Positions 12,681-26,654 of a DNA stretch of 64,000 bases are shown here, in pieces. The notes below the pieces were generated by a model. The model had not been told where the DNA came from. It saw only the letters and a list, made by a program, of their open reading frames with translations, and ran no database searches. Within the stretch, counting starts at the first letter, position 1; each line of letters begins with the position of its first letter. The position numbers and the translations under genes were made by a program. The DNA comes from Octopus vulgaris (Eukaryota): positions 88,288,001 through 88,352,000 of the forward strand of contig OX597825.1 in NCBI GenBank assembly GCA_951406725.2, in the 5' to 3' direction.

Positions 12681-13489
12681 TTGTTACTATACATATACAT
12701 TATATATCTGCCATGTCAAAATCTGATCATTCTTTGAAGTGCAGTCATGATGGGGGCATCGTTTTCACCAATTTAATTGATCATAGCAAACCCCCTTCAG
12801 TTTCACGTAGTTATTCCGTTCAAACTTACAGATTAACAGCAAATCAATTACTAGGTGCGGATAACTAACTGAGAATGATTTAAAGATCACAGGATTGGGT
12901 CGTTCTCCGTTCTACTTCTATCGATATGGACTGAAAGACACACGCAAATACACAAGCATACACACACACAAACAAATGCAAGTATTTACTTATGAACTAT
13001 ATAGGAAAGTATTATTCTCTGAATAAGAATGGTATACAGCCATATCAATGGCATAAAGCTGTAATGCTTTCAGCGATATTAACTTTAAGACAGCCTTTCC
13101 TTTTATGACACTCATTCTAAAAGCTTTTTCTAAACAATCAGGATCGTCTGGTGAACATTTCCAATTTTTTATTCTTCGCTACACTTGCTCAACTTTCTAA
13201 AGTCTGCAATCTCCCTCGTTTCAGTAGATGAGGAAACAAAAACAGGAGGGCATCTAGATATTAAGATCTAACCAACAAAGATTACTTGGAACTAAGTTCA
13301 AATTTTACAAAGCATGCTTGATGATAAATTCCGATGCTATCGTGTTGCAAATTTACTCAGGGGGAATTGAAAATTGAAGGCATGGAGAATATTGTTCTTT
13401 TTCTAAACATGTAATAAATTTAAACTAACATTGTTCATATATACACATATATCAGTCTGCCAATCTGTTTATCTCTCTACCTCCCTCCA

Positions 13490-13549
<60 letters not shown>

Positions 13550-13551
<2 letters not shown>

Positions 13552-13719
13552 TTAGCCACTACACACATTTTTTCTCTCCTTGTTTTTTCTGTGTCCCTTT
13601 CTGTAGAAGAGCGTAGGCTTGAAACGTAAAATACTTTTTCTATTCCTGAGCGTTATACTAATACATATGTTTGTTTTGTACACCATCAGTCTTCGTTTTT
13701 TGTTTTTTTCGTAAACTCT

Positions 13720-13722
<3 letters not shown>
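13550..13722 (+). mobile_element. Hammerhead-like mini-element, family B2, between (TA)n tracts
   Basis: Reads ttt-CTGTAGA-a-gagc gtag gctt-GAAAC-GTA-aaa (13598-13631) and shares ttcctgagcgt..aatac..ttgtt with family B. Its terminus gtaaactctccc(TA)n recurs at ~14875-14886 and ~43728-43739. Confidence 0.65.
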
Positions 13723-13752
<30 letters not shown>

Positions 13753-13755
<3 letters not shown>

Positions 13756-13998
13756 AAAAGTAAGTCAAGATAGGAAACGCTAAAATAATTTTATGAAAGA
13801 CATGTCAGTACCAGTTTCAGTCATTGAGACTTTTTTCATTTGTAAGGAAAACAAATAAATTTTGGAAAAATATAAACAAGAAAAGTTTTTTTTTTAAGAA
13901 TATTTGCATAGTGTGAAATACAAGTGGCATTTTCCTTGTTTCTGCTTGTCTCTGTCTCTCTTGTTTACTCTTGTGGGTTCGAGGTCGTTGTGAATTCT
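13753..13998 (-). mobile_element. Mini-element family C with non-canonical hammerhead-like motif, between (TA)n tracts
   Basis: Minus strand reads aTGAAAAA-agtc tcaat gact-GAAAC-tgg-TA-c..ataaaattattttagc, homologous to 22388-22476. The other end reads gaattcta, as in family A. Confidence 0.55.
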
Positions 13999-14332
13999 AT
14001 ATATATATAAAGAATACACATTCACGCTCGTATGTATTCGTGTGTGTGTGTGAGTGTAATAAACTACATATGCTGCGTAATCTCACAAATACGATAAAGA
14101 AAATAAACATAGTACCATCTATGAGATACTTAAGCATGAATAAAAAAAGGAAAATCTAATGAGGCCATCAATTTTTTCCTACTTACGGATAAGATATGCT
14201 TTTTGATGTTTTGTTTTGATAATAAAAGAAATCTTTTAATGAAATAGATGCGAAACAGATAATGTCTAGCTATATTCTTTCACCGTCAACTATCACAAAA
14301 TATATTCCTACACCAGCACCTCTGTAGAAACA

Positions 14333-14336
<4 letters not shown>

Positions 14337-14409
<73 letters not shown>

Positions 14410-14426
14410 ACATACACACACACACA
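14337..14426. repeat. (CA)n microsatellite
   Basis: Direct reading. Confidence 0.95.
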
Positions 14427-14817
14427 TTACCCCGACTCAATGCTGTGTGTTCTGAGAATTGTGTCTGCGGTGCTATTATACAACTTTAAATCGTTGATGC
14501 CTTACAAAAGATAAACTACGCTATTTTTGTGGACAGTGTACAGATTTCAATGTTGGCAATAATACAATTGGTGCGAGTCAATGAAGAAGATACGATGCAT
14601 AAAACACAATATAAATTTTACGTGATATTCATTTCTCAGCTGTTTATCAAACACACTTAGAATGACAAAATATTTATGTATATATATCACCTGGATAATA
14701 TATCTGGCACTTGCGAGACAGTGAATTGTATAAATTCTTAGCCTTTCACACAACATCTGCAGTCCTGCCATTCTTTTGAAATTCTATTGCAATATTATAC
14801 GCGCCTGTGTCTGCTAG

Positions 14818-14851
<34 letters not shown>

Positions 14852-14883
14852 GCGTTCGTCCTTTTTTTTTTTTTGTAAACTCT

Positions 14884-14942
<59 letters not shown>

Positions 14943-15275
14943 TACTCCTCAAAAAGAAAAAGAGCTATAAATTATAGGCTGTATTGGATTGGATTAGTCT
15001 CCTTGGATAGAAAATCCAGATTTTACCCGCACAACACAAACTCAAAATATTCTACCAACATGACACACCCGCAAACTAATCGTACAAAAGTGTCTCTTCG
15101 TTCAAGAAGTAAAATTTAATTATATTTAGAAGGAACTGGGAAGCGTCGAGAAATGCGTAAATAAGCCATTTAATGATATATTTCAAATCAAAATAGAAAA
15201 TTGATACACACACATTCATATATGTATTTATATAGATTCATAAATATATGTGTGTACACAAAAGTACGTGTATAG

Positions 15276-15318
<43 letters not shown>

Positions 15319-18300
15319 TATAGATATGTGTGTGTCTCTGTGTTCATGCGTACATGTATCGGTAATCTAAAATTCTGAAGACCATATTAATAATTAGGTA
15401 TCGAGAGATATTACATGCATTGATTGTGTTAACACGAAAATTCTTTTGTTTTTGATTTGAATAATGGTAAAAACTTTTCTTGTAGCCGTTAAAGGTGCAC
15501 TTCATTGAGATCACATCGATACCTCAGTATCTGCAGGCAATTTCTGTCTGATATATCCAGGATGTTTGGAACATTATTGACCGTTTAATCGATATGTTGA
15601 AATGTAGCGTTACCGATACTTATCAGAAAACACTTGTTTTGTTCTAAGAACTTTACATCTACAAGAAATTGCAACAGCACCTGTTTGTAAGAAAGTAGCC
15701 AAAATATCGGCAGCAACTCACCCTTATCGGTTCCCTACATTTATGCAAAATCCGTAGAGATATAATAATATTCGTCGAGGTGCATTCAATAAGTTTGATA
15801 ATAGGAACCCGGATTCCATGTAACGGTCATATCTCCCAACAGTGTCCAGATGTGTTTACTGTATTCAATATAGTAAATACAAATAGCTGATACACAATGA
15901 TAAACATCAAGGATTGCATATATACGCATTACCATATAGAAGTAAACCTTCATATATCTCATGCATTCCCTGAATACTTAAGAAATACAAACATCATTGC
16001 ATACATATTTATATGCCGTAGTCTATGTGTGTGTGTGTGTGTGTGTGTATGTGTGCCTATGCATTGCATAAGGTGGTTGTAGGAATATAACATGCATCGC
16101 AACTCCCGCTTTTATTTCTTCCGGCCATCAGCCTAAATAAACTTAGCTATATATTTGCACATTATACAAGCATATGCGTGCAAACGCAAGGAAATAAATA
16201 TATACATATATTTATAAGACATAATATATAGTATAATATAAAAAGATGCGCAGAAACACACATACATGCTCACACATACACATATTGCTTATTCCCATGA
16301 TATTAAAAGAATAGCTGTGGTTCTTTCGATGATGGCTTTCGATGGTAACATTTATTACACAACCAGTCTGCAAACACAATAATGTGAATAGGCAAATATA
16401 TCCACTCTGCTACATGTTATAGTGTCCTTTACCATTCAATGGAAGTTTTTCTTGTTATTGAAAGGTAGGAAATGTTGTCTTGTGTTGATGAAAAAACGAG
16501 GTTTCTTTTCCTTCGGGAAATAGAAAACCCATTACGTACGAAATTATTTTCGTAAGCTGAAATTTTTCAAATAGTGACGGAAGGAGACGAAATACTTTTG
16601 AAAGTTTGAACGTAGCTCCAAAACCACCGGGTACCTTTGCAAATCTGTTAAGTTTTGACTAACCAGGGAAGACAGGTACTGAGTTCATTAATGTACCATC
16701 CTTTGTGGATTAATTCAACCTATGAAAGTAAATATCTATTAAATCTTAGATTATTTCTTTGCTTTGTGAATCGAGAAGTGTATTTTCTGAGTCAATTCAT
16801 AAATAAATATGTTACAAAAATTAAAACAAATATGTTTTTTTAAAATATATTTCCGGGATTCATTTATAGCCATTTGTCTCACATTAGCCACTAACATTTC
16901 TTTTAGTATCAAACAACATAGGTTCGAACGGGAAAAGTACTAGTATAAATGCTATTTTAATGCAGTTGTAATTTGATGGAGGTATAACGTGTTCAGCCTG
17001 TTTGTTCTGGAGATGTCTCGTGTCTATTCTGGTTGTGAAAGCAGTGACGCTTTGAAACAACTGTAACTCATTTTCACGCTGCTTTAAAACAAATGTTTTA
17101 TCATATATATTGTAAATAGTTAGATGCATACGTATTTCATAACCATTTAAAGGAATCCTTGCTCCGTTCAACGCATATTTGAACTATAATTCGGATTATA
17201 CGGCATAATATTTCACTTGCATTTTACGGCTTGATGTCTGCTACTGTTCTTCGTTAGACATTGGACCCTCTGTCTTTTAAGAATGGTAGTAATAATAATA
17301 AAGTTCAAATTTCATCTTACAAAATGATGACTGATGAAAATTACCCAACTCAATAAATATATGCACTTCAGATATATAACTATATTTTTTAGAATGATCT
17401 TAATATGCTAATATTTATATTTAGCTTTAATACACGGATATTATCTATCAACGTTCATATTGTCTGTTCTATCTCAGAAATTACTTACACTTTAAATCAT
17501 ATCTGGTGTGGACGTTCATTCACAATTATTTAATATCTTCCTTCCTTGCACTATTCTTTGCTTGGTTTGTCATAATTTGCAAGATCAATATGCCTCCATT
17601 GCCATTAAATTCCGATCGTTATTCTGCTTAGAGCTCTTTTAATGTTCCTTTCATCCATCCTCGAAGTCATGGCATACCGTTGAACAAGTAAATTTAGAGA
17701 TGTGTGGAAATAATTCTTTTGGAGGCTGCTTCAGTAATTCAGTTGGATGAAGCATGAGAAATGAGAAACACTTTCAATTTCAGATAGCTTAGATTCTAAA
17801 TAAAAGACTAAAGTGCAAAGAAGCGCCCACTCACACAAATTGGTATTTATAAATTGAAACCTCCTCTCCCATAATTAATATTATTAGCAGTAACATTAAG
17901 GTATATAAAGTTACTTCAGTATTGCATCACATAATACAATATGTTTGTTAGATTAAGCGTGCATTATGCGCCGTTGTTCAATTATAATACCATACATCTT
18001 TATTTAAATATCAGCATAGACGTGGGATATTATATTAAGCAATCAGTAACGCAAAATAAATCTGGGTATCATTTTCTGATAATGCAATTGCAAATATTCT
18101 TTCACTGCCATCATTAATTGACTAGCAAACATCCAATGATGTGGTTCTTCTTTAAATTGTCCAAGGTAATCTTATCAAGCTATCTAACAGCACAATTCGG
18201 AGTAAAATACTGCAATTTCATTAGTTTCTATGTTTTTACTGAATGAAACATATCGCATTTGTTTGCGCTTACTTCACACATTTCCTGCGAATACTTCATA

Positions 18301-19479
18301 GAAATCCATCACCACACTGCGAACAATTAATAAAATAGACTGTGGCAGGATAGGATGTAAGAGAATGGACTAAATACCTGAAAATTCTTAATAGAGAATT
18401 CTAAAGTTAGACCTATGCAAACCATTGTAGTTATTTTTATCGAGTAACTCGTCACCTTAATCATTATCGATGTAGAAATAAAGAAAGAGTTCGTTGCTGT
18501 GGCTTGGTTTTATTTATTGCCAGCCATGTTGCTTCTCTTCAACTGTCGTTCAGAACTGTATATTTGAATAAATGATCATTTCAATCATATCTTATTTCAC
18601 ATTCCTTCTCTTTCCGCACTGTGTATGATTTATATGGGCAGCAGATTTGTTTGTGTGTGTATTGATGTATAAATGTGTACATCAGTATGTATATATTTAT
18701 ATACGTACGTATGTATGTGTTTGCACGTTTGTATATGCTTCTGTGTAAACTATTGTTGCTATGTTTTCTCGAATGTTTGTCATTTCTTTCAAGAACTTGA
18801 TACAAGAATCTAAATTCATAATCTTCAGGAAATGTAGGATTATTAAAAGGACGGCGAAAACAACGATATCTCTTTCTTCTGTGTTATGTTTATTCATCGA
18901 TGTAAGAGTTTGTTTTACTTCAGACTTTGATGCAAACGATGGCTAGTTTCTGTAAAAGAAGACGTGTTTTTAACAACCTTCTTGACAACGTGTACATCGT
19001 GAAAGGAAATTATAATAGAAAAATTAGATATTTAATTATTTAACTTTCTGTTAGCTTAATAAAAATAGTATTCACCAGGCACCTACATATGTTGACATTT
19101 CGAAGTAAAAGCGAGTATATATTACCAAGAGAAACCTATCGTAAGTTCGGGTTTATTCCGGATGTGTTCAAAATCTTTTTCTTATAAATCACGCATATCA
19201 ACACGCATTTATAAGAATTATAAATGCGTGCTGATAAGGATTTTACACTTAATACTGTTCCATAAATAATTAGAAGCATAATTATCTAATAATTATTTAG
19301 CATTATTATTATTAAACATCACACAAAACCAATTTTCCATTGATAAACCAGACAACGTTACGCTCGATTCTACGTTTTATTGTACTTGATCTCAAAGGTT
19401 CTAGCAATTATACTCCGTCTTTGAACATAACATATCACTTATTTTTCTGATCAGTTCCGTTACTAATTAACAATATGTA

Positions 19480-20990
19480 TGCAAACTGCTATCTCTTTTT
19501 ATTCCGTTTCGTCCACTTGGGTTCTATATTTATTTAAGCTATTCCAAAATATCCATAGGACCACCACTTATTAAACGGATGCATCCATTTACCTTTTAAA
19601 CAGTCTCCATATCACCTGCAATTAAAAGCATCTTCATAGGATAAGTTTATTAATATATAGGGTTTGATGTTTGATGTCCTGTTATAATTGAAGAGTTCAA
19701 ATGGAATATTTTATTCCTTTAACGTATATATTAATACTTAATATAAATGTACCTTTAATATATATTTAACTATTTGAAGGTATATGCTAATGAGGAATAA
19801 GTTGTACATGAAACGCAATTTATTACCGAGAATCCATCCTGCATGCATTTGTTTATACCTAGCATCTTAAATACCGCGTGACCTCCTCCAGTTATTGATT
19901 CTTTTCATTTGTATTGCCATTTCAGGATGTCTCCCTTATAAGACTCTTCAAAAAAGGCATTCTCTGAAGATTCCTCGAGTATTTGTACAAGGTTACACAA
20001 TTTAACAAAGTAAGTATTCCATTTCTTATTCTATTCATCTTAGTCTTAAGTGATAAAAATGATCCTCTGCCTTCCTTCTGTCCTGTTGGTTTGCAAATGA
20101 TTGCCGTGTGTCAGGCGTTTTCTATAATCATGTCTAGACACGGTGTAACAATGTTACCGCACCAGGAATTCAAGGAACTGCAAAGAAGGAAATATTTATG
20201 GTTATTGTCCAACTGATTTAATTAATGCTAAGTTAATACCTAGTGGTTCTTAGGACAGATAAAATAGGTGCTGGTTGTGTGGTGATTTAAGCGTGAAACT
20301 AATCTAATTGCTATTCTTTTCTATGCAAGGCATATTTGTTTTTATAATCTGCTATATACATTTCTGTATAAACTAACTTTTAGCTGATACAAGATTGTTG
20401 TTCATAAGAAAATATATCAAAGAATTTAACTTGAGAGATAGTTTTGAAAACCTCATCCTTCTTCGTTGAATTTCAGGAGAGCGAGTTTAGAGATGATTCC
20501 TCAGTAAAATTGACTTTGAGAAATATTTTATTATTTGTATCTTCAAATCCTCATAAAATATGCAATAACATTTCCAAGGTAAATTATTTTTCAAAGAGAT
20601 GTGATATAGATTTCCATTTTCCCATGTGAAACGATTGTATCTTTCTCAAAATGGTTGTCATCAAAGCAAATAATATTGAATTTGTTTTATAAGATACAAA
20701 TAAAATGATAGCAATGTTCTTTCTTCACATTCCTTAGTACAATGTCAGTTATAAGTAATCCTTAGAGAAACGGTTTTATTAGTTTGTCTTGGAGTGCAAA
20801 TGTCAGTCGAACACAAAGTAGTGGTGGATTGTGTCAAAGGATTGTTAATTCTTGTCCATTCTTAAATCGTTTCCACAGCAAGAATTTTATCATTTAAGAG
20901 GAAATACATTCAGTCGAGTTACTTTTGATTAGGCACATTTGTTTCTGTTGAACGTTCAGGGAATTTCAATGGAATAACGGAAGTGGAGTC
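19480..20990 (-). mobile_element. Very old R4/Dong-type RT remnant
   Basis: Minus-strand peptides LLITDIVLRNVKKEHC (~20710-20757), FKMLGIN (~19850-19872) and KWTKR (~19505-19520) occur in the order expected for R4/Dong RT. Confidence 0.4.
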
Positions 20991-21794
20991 TGCAGTACAT
21001 CTAAGCGTGACTTCCTGATATAACCTGTAAAATGTGCAAAAGAAAATTAACATGAAACAATGTGTCAACTATAATGTAACAAAGTTACACATTTTCCTTT
21101 CTAGGAACAGATATGCAATGACTAAACATGCGGTCAATTAATAAAACAAGACTTCAGTACATGCACAAATATACTAGTTTTAGTTACGATAAAAAAAGGC
21201 AACATCGATGTTTATTTAAAATTATTTTCCTCACTGTTTTTTCGTTTCTACATCTGACTGATTTATATTCGGTCCACTTATCAAAAACGACTTCCATGAT
21301 TAACATATAGCTACCTTAAATTATACTGAGCACACGAAACGATTTCTTCCTTAACTGCAGGAGTAAATAATTACGCAAAAGTTTATACGGTTTATGTGGC
21401 TCTCAAATGCTTTTGTACGGATTATGTGGCTCTCAAACGCAGCATACACGCATACGCACATACACACAAACACTTCTCCGTTGTTTTGAGTTTTATATAA
21501 ACCATAGGACAACAGAGGTAAGCACACACGAATGCAATTCTATACATTTATTTAGAGCAACAATTAGATAAGAAATTAGATGAGACAAATGATTGTTTTA
21601 GGGGAATCTTAGTGACAGGTGCGTGACTGAAGCCTAACGATTAATCCACAATGTGTTGCACACACACATAACACCCACCACGCACACACACAACACACAC
21701 GCACACACTACATAGACACACCACACACACACACACATACCAGACACACACAGACATAGCACACATATATATGAGGAACCACACATATATATGA

Positions 21795-21952
21795 GCGCAG
21801 GAGGGGCTGTGTAGTAAGTAGCTTGCTTACCAACCACATGGTTTCGGGATCAGTCCCAATGCGTGGCACCTTGTGCAAGTGTCTTCTACTATATCGTCCG
21901 GCCAAAGCTTTGTGAGTGGATTTGGTAGACGGAAACTGAAAGAAGCCCGTCG
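21795..21952 (+). mobile_element. tRNA-derived SINE 5' half
   Basis: A-box-like gggctgtgtagtaag, B-box-like cgggatcagtccc, then gtggcaccttgtgcaagtgtctt. Flanked by (TA)n. Confidence 0.75.
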
Positions 21953-22369
21953 TATATATATATATATGAATATATATATATATATATATACGGATCCGGC
22001 GCCTTTCGTGGAAGCTTTCGCCCGCTTCTTAGGACCGACTGACCCGTGCTCGACCGCCGTTGGCACGGAACCCTTCTCTACTTCGGTCTTCGAAGGTCTC
22101 GTTCGAATATTTATATATACATACATACACACATACATAAATACATACATACATACATACATACGTACATATATATATGTGTGTGTGTGTGCAAGGTAGA
22201 AACGCAACACAGGAGTAGATAAGTATAAGGAGAATAAGAGAAGGTAGGAAATGGTAAAATAGCGGGAATATAGAGAGGGCGACAGACTATCAGAAAACTA
22301 TTTAAAGACTATAGAAATATCTACAAAATATTTCACCAAAGTTTGTTCCCCAATTTGTTTTTCTTATCT

Positions 22370-22476
22370 TTCTTATTCTACTCTTAGTTGAAAAAGTCTA
22401 AAAGACGGGGACCGGTACGAAAATGTACTTTATGATAAAATTATTTTAGCATTTTCTACCTTGTTTTATTTACCTT
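22370..22476 (+). mobile_element. Mini-element family C copy ending in (TA)n
   Basis: Reads TTGAAAA-a-gtc taaaa gac-ggggac-cgg-TA-c..ataaaattattttagcattttctaccttg. A short inverted echo caaggtagaaacgc lies at 22192-22205. Confidence 0.55.
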
Positions 22477-22545
22477 ATATATATATATGTATACATCTAT
22501 TTATATATGCATGTTGTATGTATGTATATGTATGTATGTATACAC

Positions 22546-22596
<51 letters not shown>

Positions 22597-22921
22597 TATA
22601 TTTACATACATACATACATATATGTATATATATATATATGCTTATATAAAAATATATTATTTATAACAGATACACAAGTCTTGTGTGTATATGTAAGCTT
22701 ACACTTTCATATGCTCGCTTCTAGGTATGTATATGCCGATATGTACATGCGTGTAAAATTTTGCATATATGCCTTGTGTGCCAGTGAATGTGTATGCACA
22801 GTGTCACACGCGCAGCTGAACAAAACATTATTTTAGTACACTTATACCAAAATAGAATAATACATTATCATCACAATTATCTCTCTCTCTCTCTCTCTCT
22901 CTCAGTCCATCCCTTCCTCTC

Positions 22922-22989
<68 letters not shown>

Positions 22990-23413
22990 TGCATTATATC
23001 TATACATATATATACATACATATGTATTTATCTACAATGAAATTGTGGAAGATGTTTGTAAGCCATTTAAGAACTCACGAAAACAGTTTTACTTCAACAT
23101 CGAAATATAATTAGAGCCAAATTATTTTCGTCGTTTCGAAGCTGCGACCTTTTCACCGACAAAAGTTCGTGCTGCATCTGAGAAAGTATCAATTAGTTCA
23201 TGATGTATATGTGTTTATGCATGCATGTATTTATGTATGTATTTGCGTGAGTGAGTAAGCGTCTCTGCGTGTGTGTATATGTGTATGTGCATATAAACGT
23301 ATGTTTATGTACTTATATGTATGTCTGTTCAAGTTGTATATATAACCGTTATTCTGTCGAATATCTACCTATCTAACTATACACACACACACACACACAT
23401 ATAAATATATATG

Positions 23414-23506
<93 letters not shown>

Positions 23507-23509
23507 GTG

Positions 23510-23792
23510 TGTAAATATAATATCTGACAATTATTCGGTAGCCATGATAAAATTACGAGTTTCGGATTTCGGGGCGGAAACCCAAGCTGCCATCCCTTCA
23601 GTTATCCGGCCATCAAAACAATGCTATAGAAGTGTCCCTCTCTCTATTTTTTTCATATATATATATATATATATATCCTGTATATGTTTTCGAGGCCCGG
23701 ATAACTGAAGAGATGGTGGCGTGGGTTTCCGCTCGACATCCGAAACTCGGAATTTTATCATGGGTACCAAATAATTGTCACATATATTTACA
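23510..23792. repeat. Inverted repeat (~110-bp arms) of a hammerhead-like element, family D
   Basis: Arms are 23510-23620 and 23685-23792. The right arm reads gataa-CTGAAGA-gatg..catc-c-GAAAC-tcgga-attttatc. The left arm on the minus strand reads CTGAAGG..GAAAC-tc-GTA. Confidence 0.85.
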
Positions 23793-23888
23793 GATATTAA
23801 TTTGATAAAATTTAATCTTATATCTCTATCATAGATAATGTCGTTCAATATTGTTTGAGTTGCTTGAAGGTGTTTCTGACTCTTAAAC

Positions 23889-24093
<205 letters not shown>

Positions 24094-24368
24094 TTGAGAG
24101 AAATATATGTACATATATATTGTTTCCAATTTGTGTGAATGTGTATAGAATATTATTTTAATGGAATAAATTAAAAACAGTCTGGTTTTCACGTTTCTTA
24201 TTATGCTATATTAACCAAATTAGATCTTTCATTCATAGTCAACTCATGAGATTTCAAATGTGTTTCTCTGAGAGTTGGAATTTTGACAACTTTTGTACCT
24301 CTTCGAATGCTCCAACCAGCTGAATGTTTAGAATACCATTTTGATCAATCTGCGTACATATGTACATT

Positions 24369-24419
<51 letters not shown>

Positions 24420-24581
24420 GTAGGTCTGTTGTTATATATGTGTATGTAGGCATCTAGAAATGCATAATTGTTATGTATACAATACATATGGATGTTTATG
24501 GCTGCCTGCATGAGAGCACTTTTATAGTCAGTCGGATATAAAGGATGTAATATATTATATATGCGTTCTTATAACCATCTT

Positions 24582-24623
<42 letters not shown>

Positions 24624-26654
24624 TTATGAGTTTGTATCTTTGTCTTCATTGTGTGACGGTGTGCAGATTCTTCGATTCTGTCTTACAATGTTTCTTTCTC
24701 TACCCTTATTTTTCTCCCTTCTTTTCTTCACTACTCATTATTTAACGGAAAATGCTTGAAATCTGTTGCTTGATAAGTTTTTCTCCAAAAGAACTGTCTT
24801 CGTTAAGTGCAAAGCACGAATGTGTCACCCCCTAACTCACGTAGCTTTACAATAGATTACTGAGAAACAGAAACACATATATGCCCGAGTGTGTGTGCAT
24901 CTATCAGAAAATGAGTAAATTCTTGTGTTTAACGCAACTTGCTAAGTAACTGATGAAAATTCACAGCACGATTTTTTCCTGAGTATCATTTACGCAGAAA
25001 ACTTAGCTGACGAGAATTGTTTTAGTAACGTAAACTCAGCTGCAACTATCTGTGATATTTGATGTTGCGCACAGTTTCCTGTAGTTTTAGTTAATCATGA
25101 AGCCATAAACATATGTAATAAAACTTGGTAACACATGGGAAATGGAAATTACAGAGATCAACACTGATTAGGAAAGTTTTCATCCATTACAATTATAACA
25201 TAAATATCCTCTTTCTCATTCGAAGAGGCGGACTTTGCAATATTTTACATTCGTACATATTTATCTTGGAATACACCTTTACACATTTCCACATTAAGAG
25301 ATGCTTATATTTTGATTATTCTTCCATCATTGCTTTTCAAAAATTTCTGCTTGAAATTATCGTAGACGGATATATTTTGTTTCTAATAACTAAAGTGTGA
25401 TACTGCTGCTGTGATGTAAGCACAAGAGATATTTCCCAGTACTTGAATATTTCCTTATACTTGAATATTACCGCATTGTACAATATAAATCCCGTCGAGA
25501 GTCATTGTTTTAATGGTGGATAATTAACTGGAGGTTAGTCATCTTTTGTATTACAACCCCGCAATACCTAATGCATCTTAAATTCACTTCTCTGCATAAA
25601 CGCAAGAATATTAGTTGCACATACTCAGAATAAGCTAATCTGAGCTAATCTATTTCTGTTTGTTTTTTACATATTTAATTACATATATTCTGTAATAGAG
25701 AAGAATCGTTTGCATACAGAGACAACTTAAAAGATACAATGTGTATGTTACATCTCATTTGACGGATATTTATAGTTTTTACAAAGAGTAAATTTATGAC
25801 CACGAAAATCTATTCCGCTTTTATGCTGTAATCAACGGTACAGACTGTCAGGACATGCATAGAAACGCTGCTTTATTTGTTCCAATGCTAGTACAGAACT
25901 AGAAAATTATATTGTAAATGTATAATAAATATAAAAAAATAGATATGTACCGATTATACTACTGGTGTACGGTCTGGAAACAAGAAACTCTAGCCATTAA
26001 TTTTAACGCAGATCTTGAAGAGAATGAACTAAAAATGTGTAATGTACATTAATTGTGTAAACCTTGCAACATTTGACTGCTGGTATTCATCAGCTGTCAA
26101 TTTAAGAAGCATTTGCATCGTTGGCAGAAAGGATAATTTACATATGCGTGTATATTCGACATACCATGTGGAGTTATTAGTATTTTTAGTGACGACCAGA
26201 AAGGTATAGAAATGTAAAATGTCGAGGAAAAAGATTTTAGTACTTTCAGGTATTTTACTAAACGCTGAGGGACGGAGACCTACAGGTAAATACCGAATCG
26301 CTACTTATAGCACTTCGAGAACAAATGATTGGTACGAACCTAAGATCGAGAAAGTTCGGAGAGCAAATCCAGAATCTGTGGGAATGGAGCCGGAAGTATT
26401 ACCCAGTTCTTCAGTGAGTGCAATAAACAGCATGAGCGTATGCATATTTGTGTAGGTAGAAACAGTGCAATGTGATGGTAGCCGAGCAGACTGCTTAGCT
26501 TGAAAATACTAGCGATGTGACATCTATCGCATAAAATATGATAGGTAATACGAATTACACAACGGTCGTGCTGCCCTCCTGTGGAAAAGAGCAATCCGAG
26601 AATAGCGATGGTTTCGAATCGTATTAGAATTAATATTATTATTCTTATTATTAT

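Noticed and set aside
19927-20009. Exon-like segment (tttcag..gtaagt) on the plus strand
   Set aside because: It has stops in all three frames and lies in an antisense Dong remnant. A non-coding exon cannot be excluded.
24795-24830. gtgc aaa gcac gaatgtgtc, a possible decayed hammerhead
   Set aside because: The CUGANGA box is unrecognisable and there is no second copy in the window.
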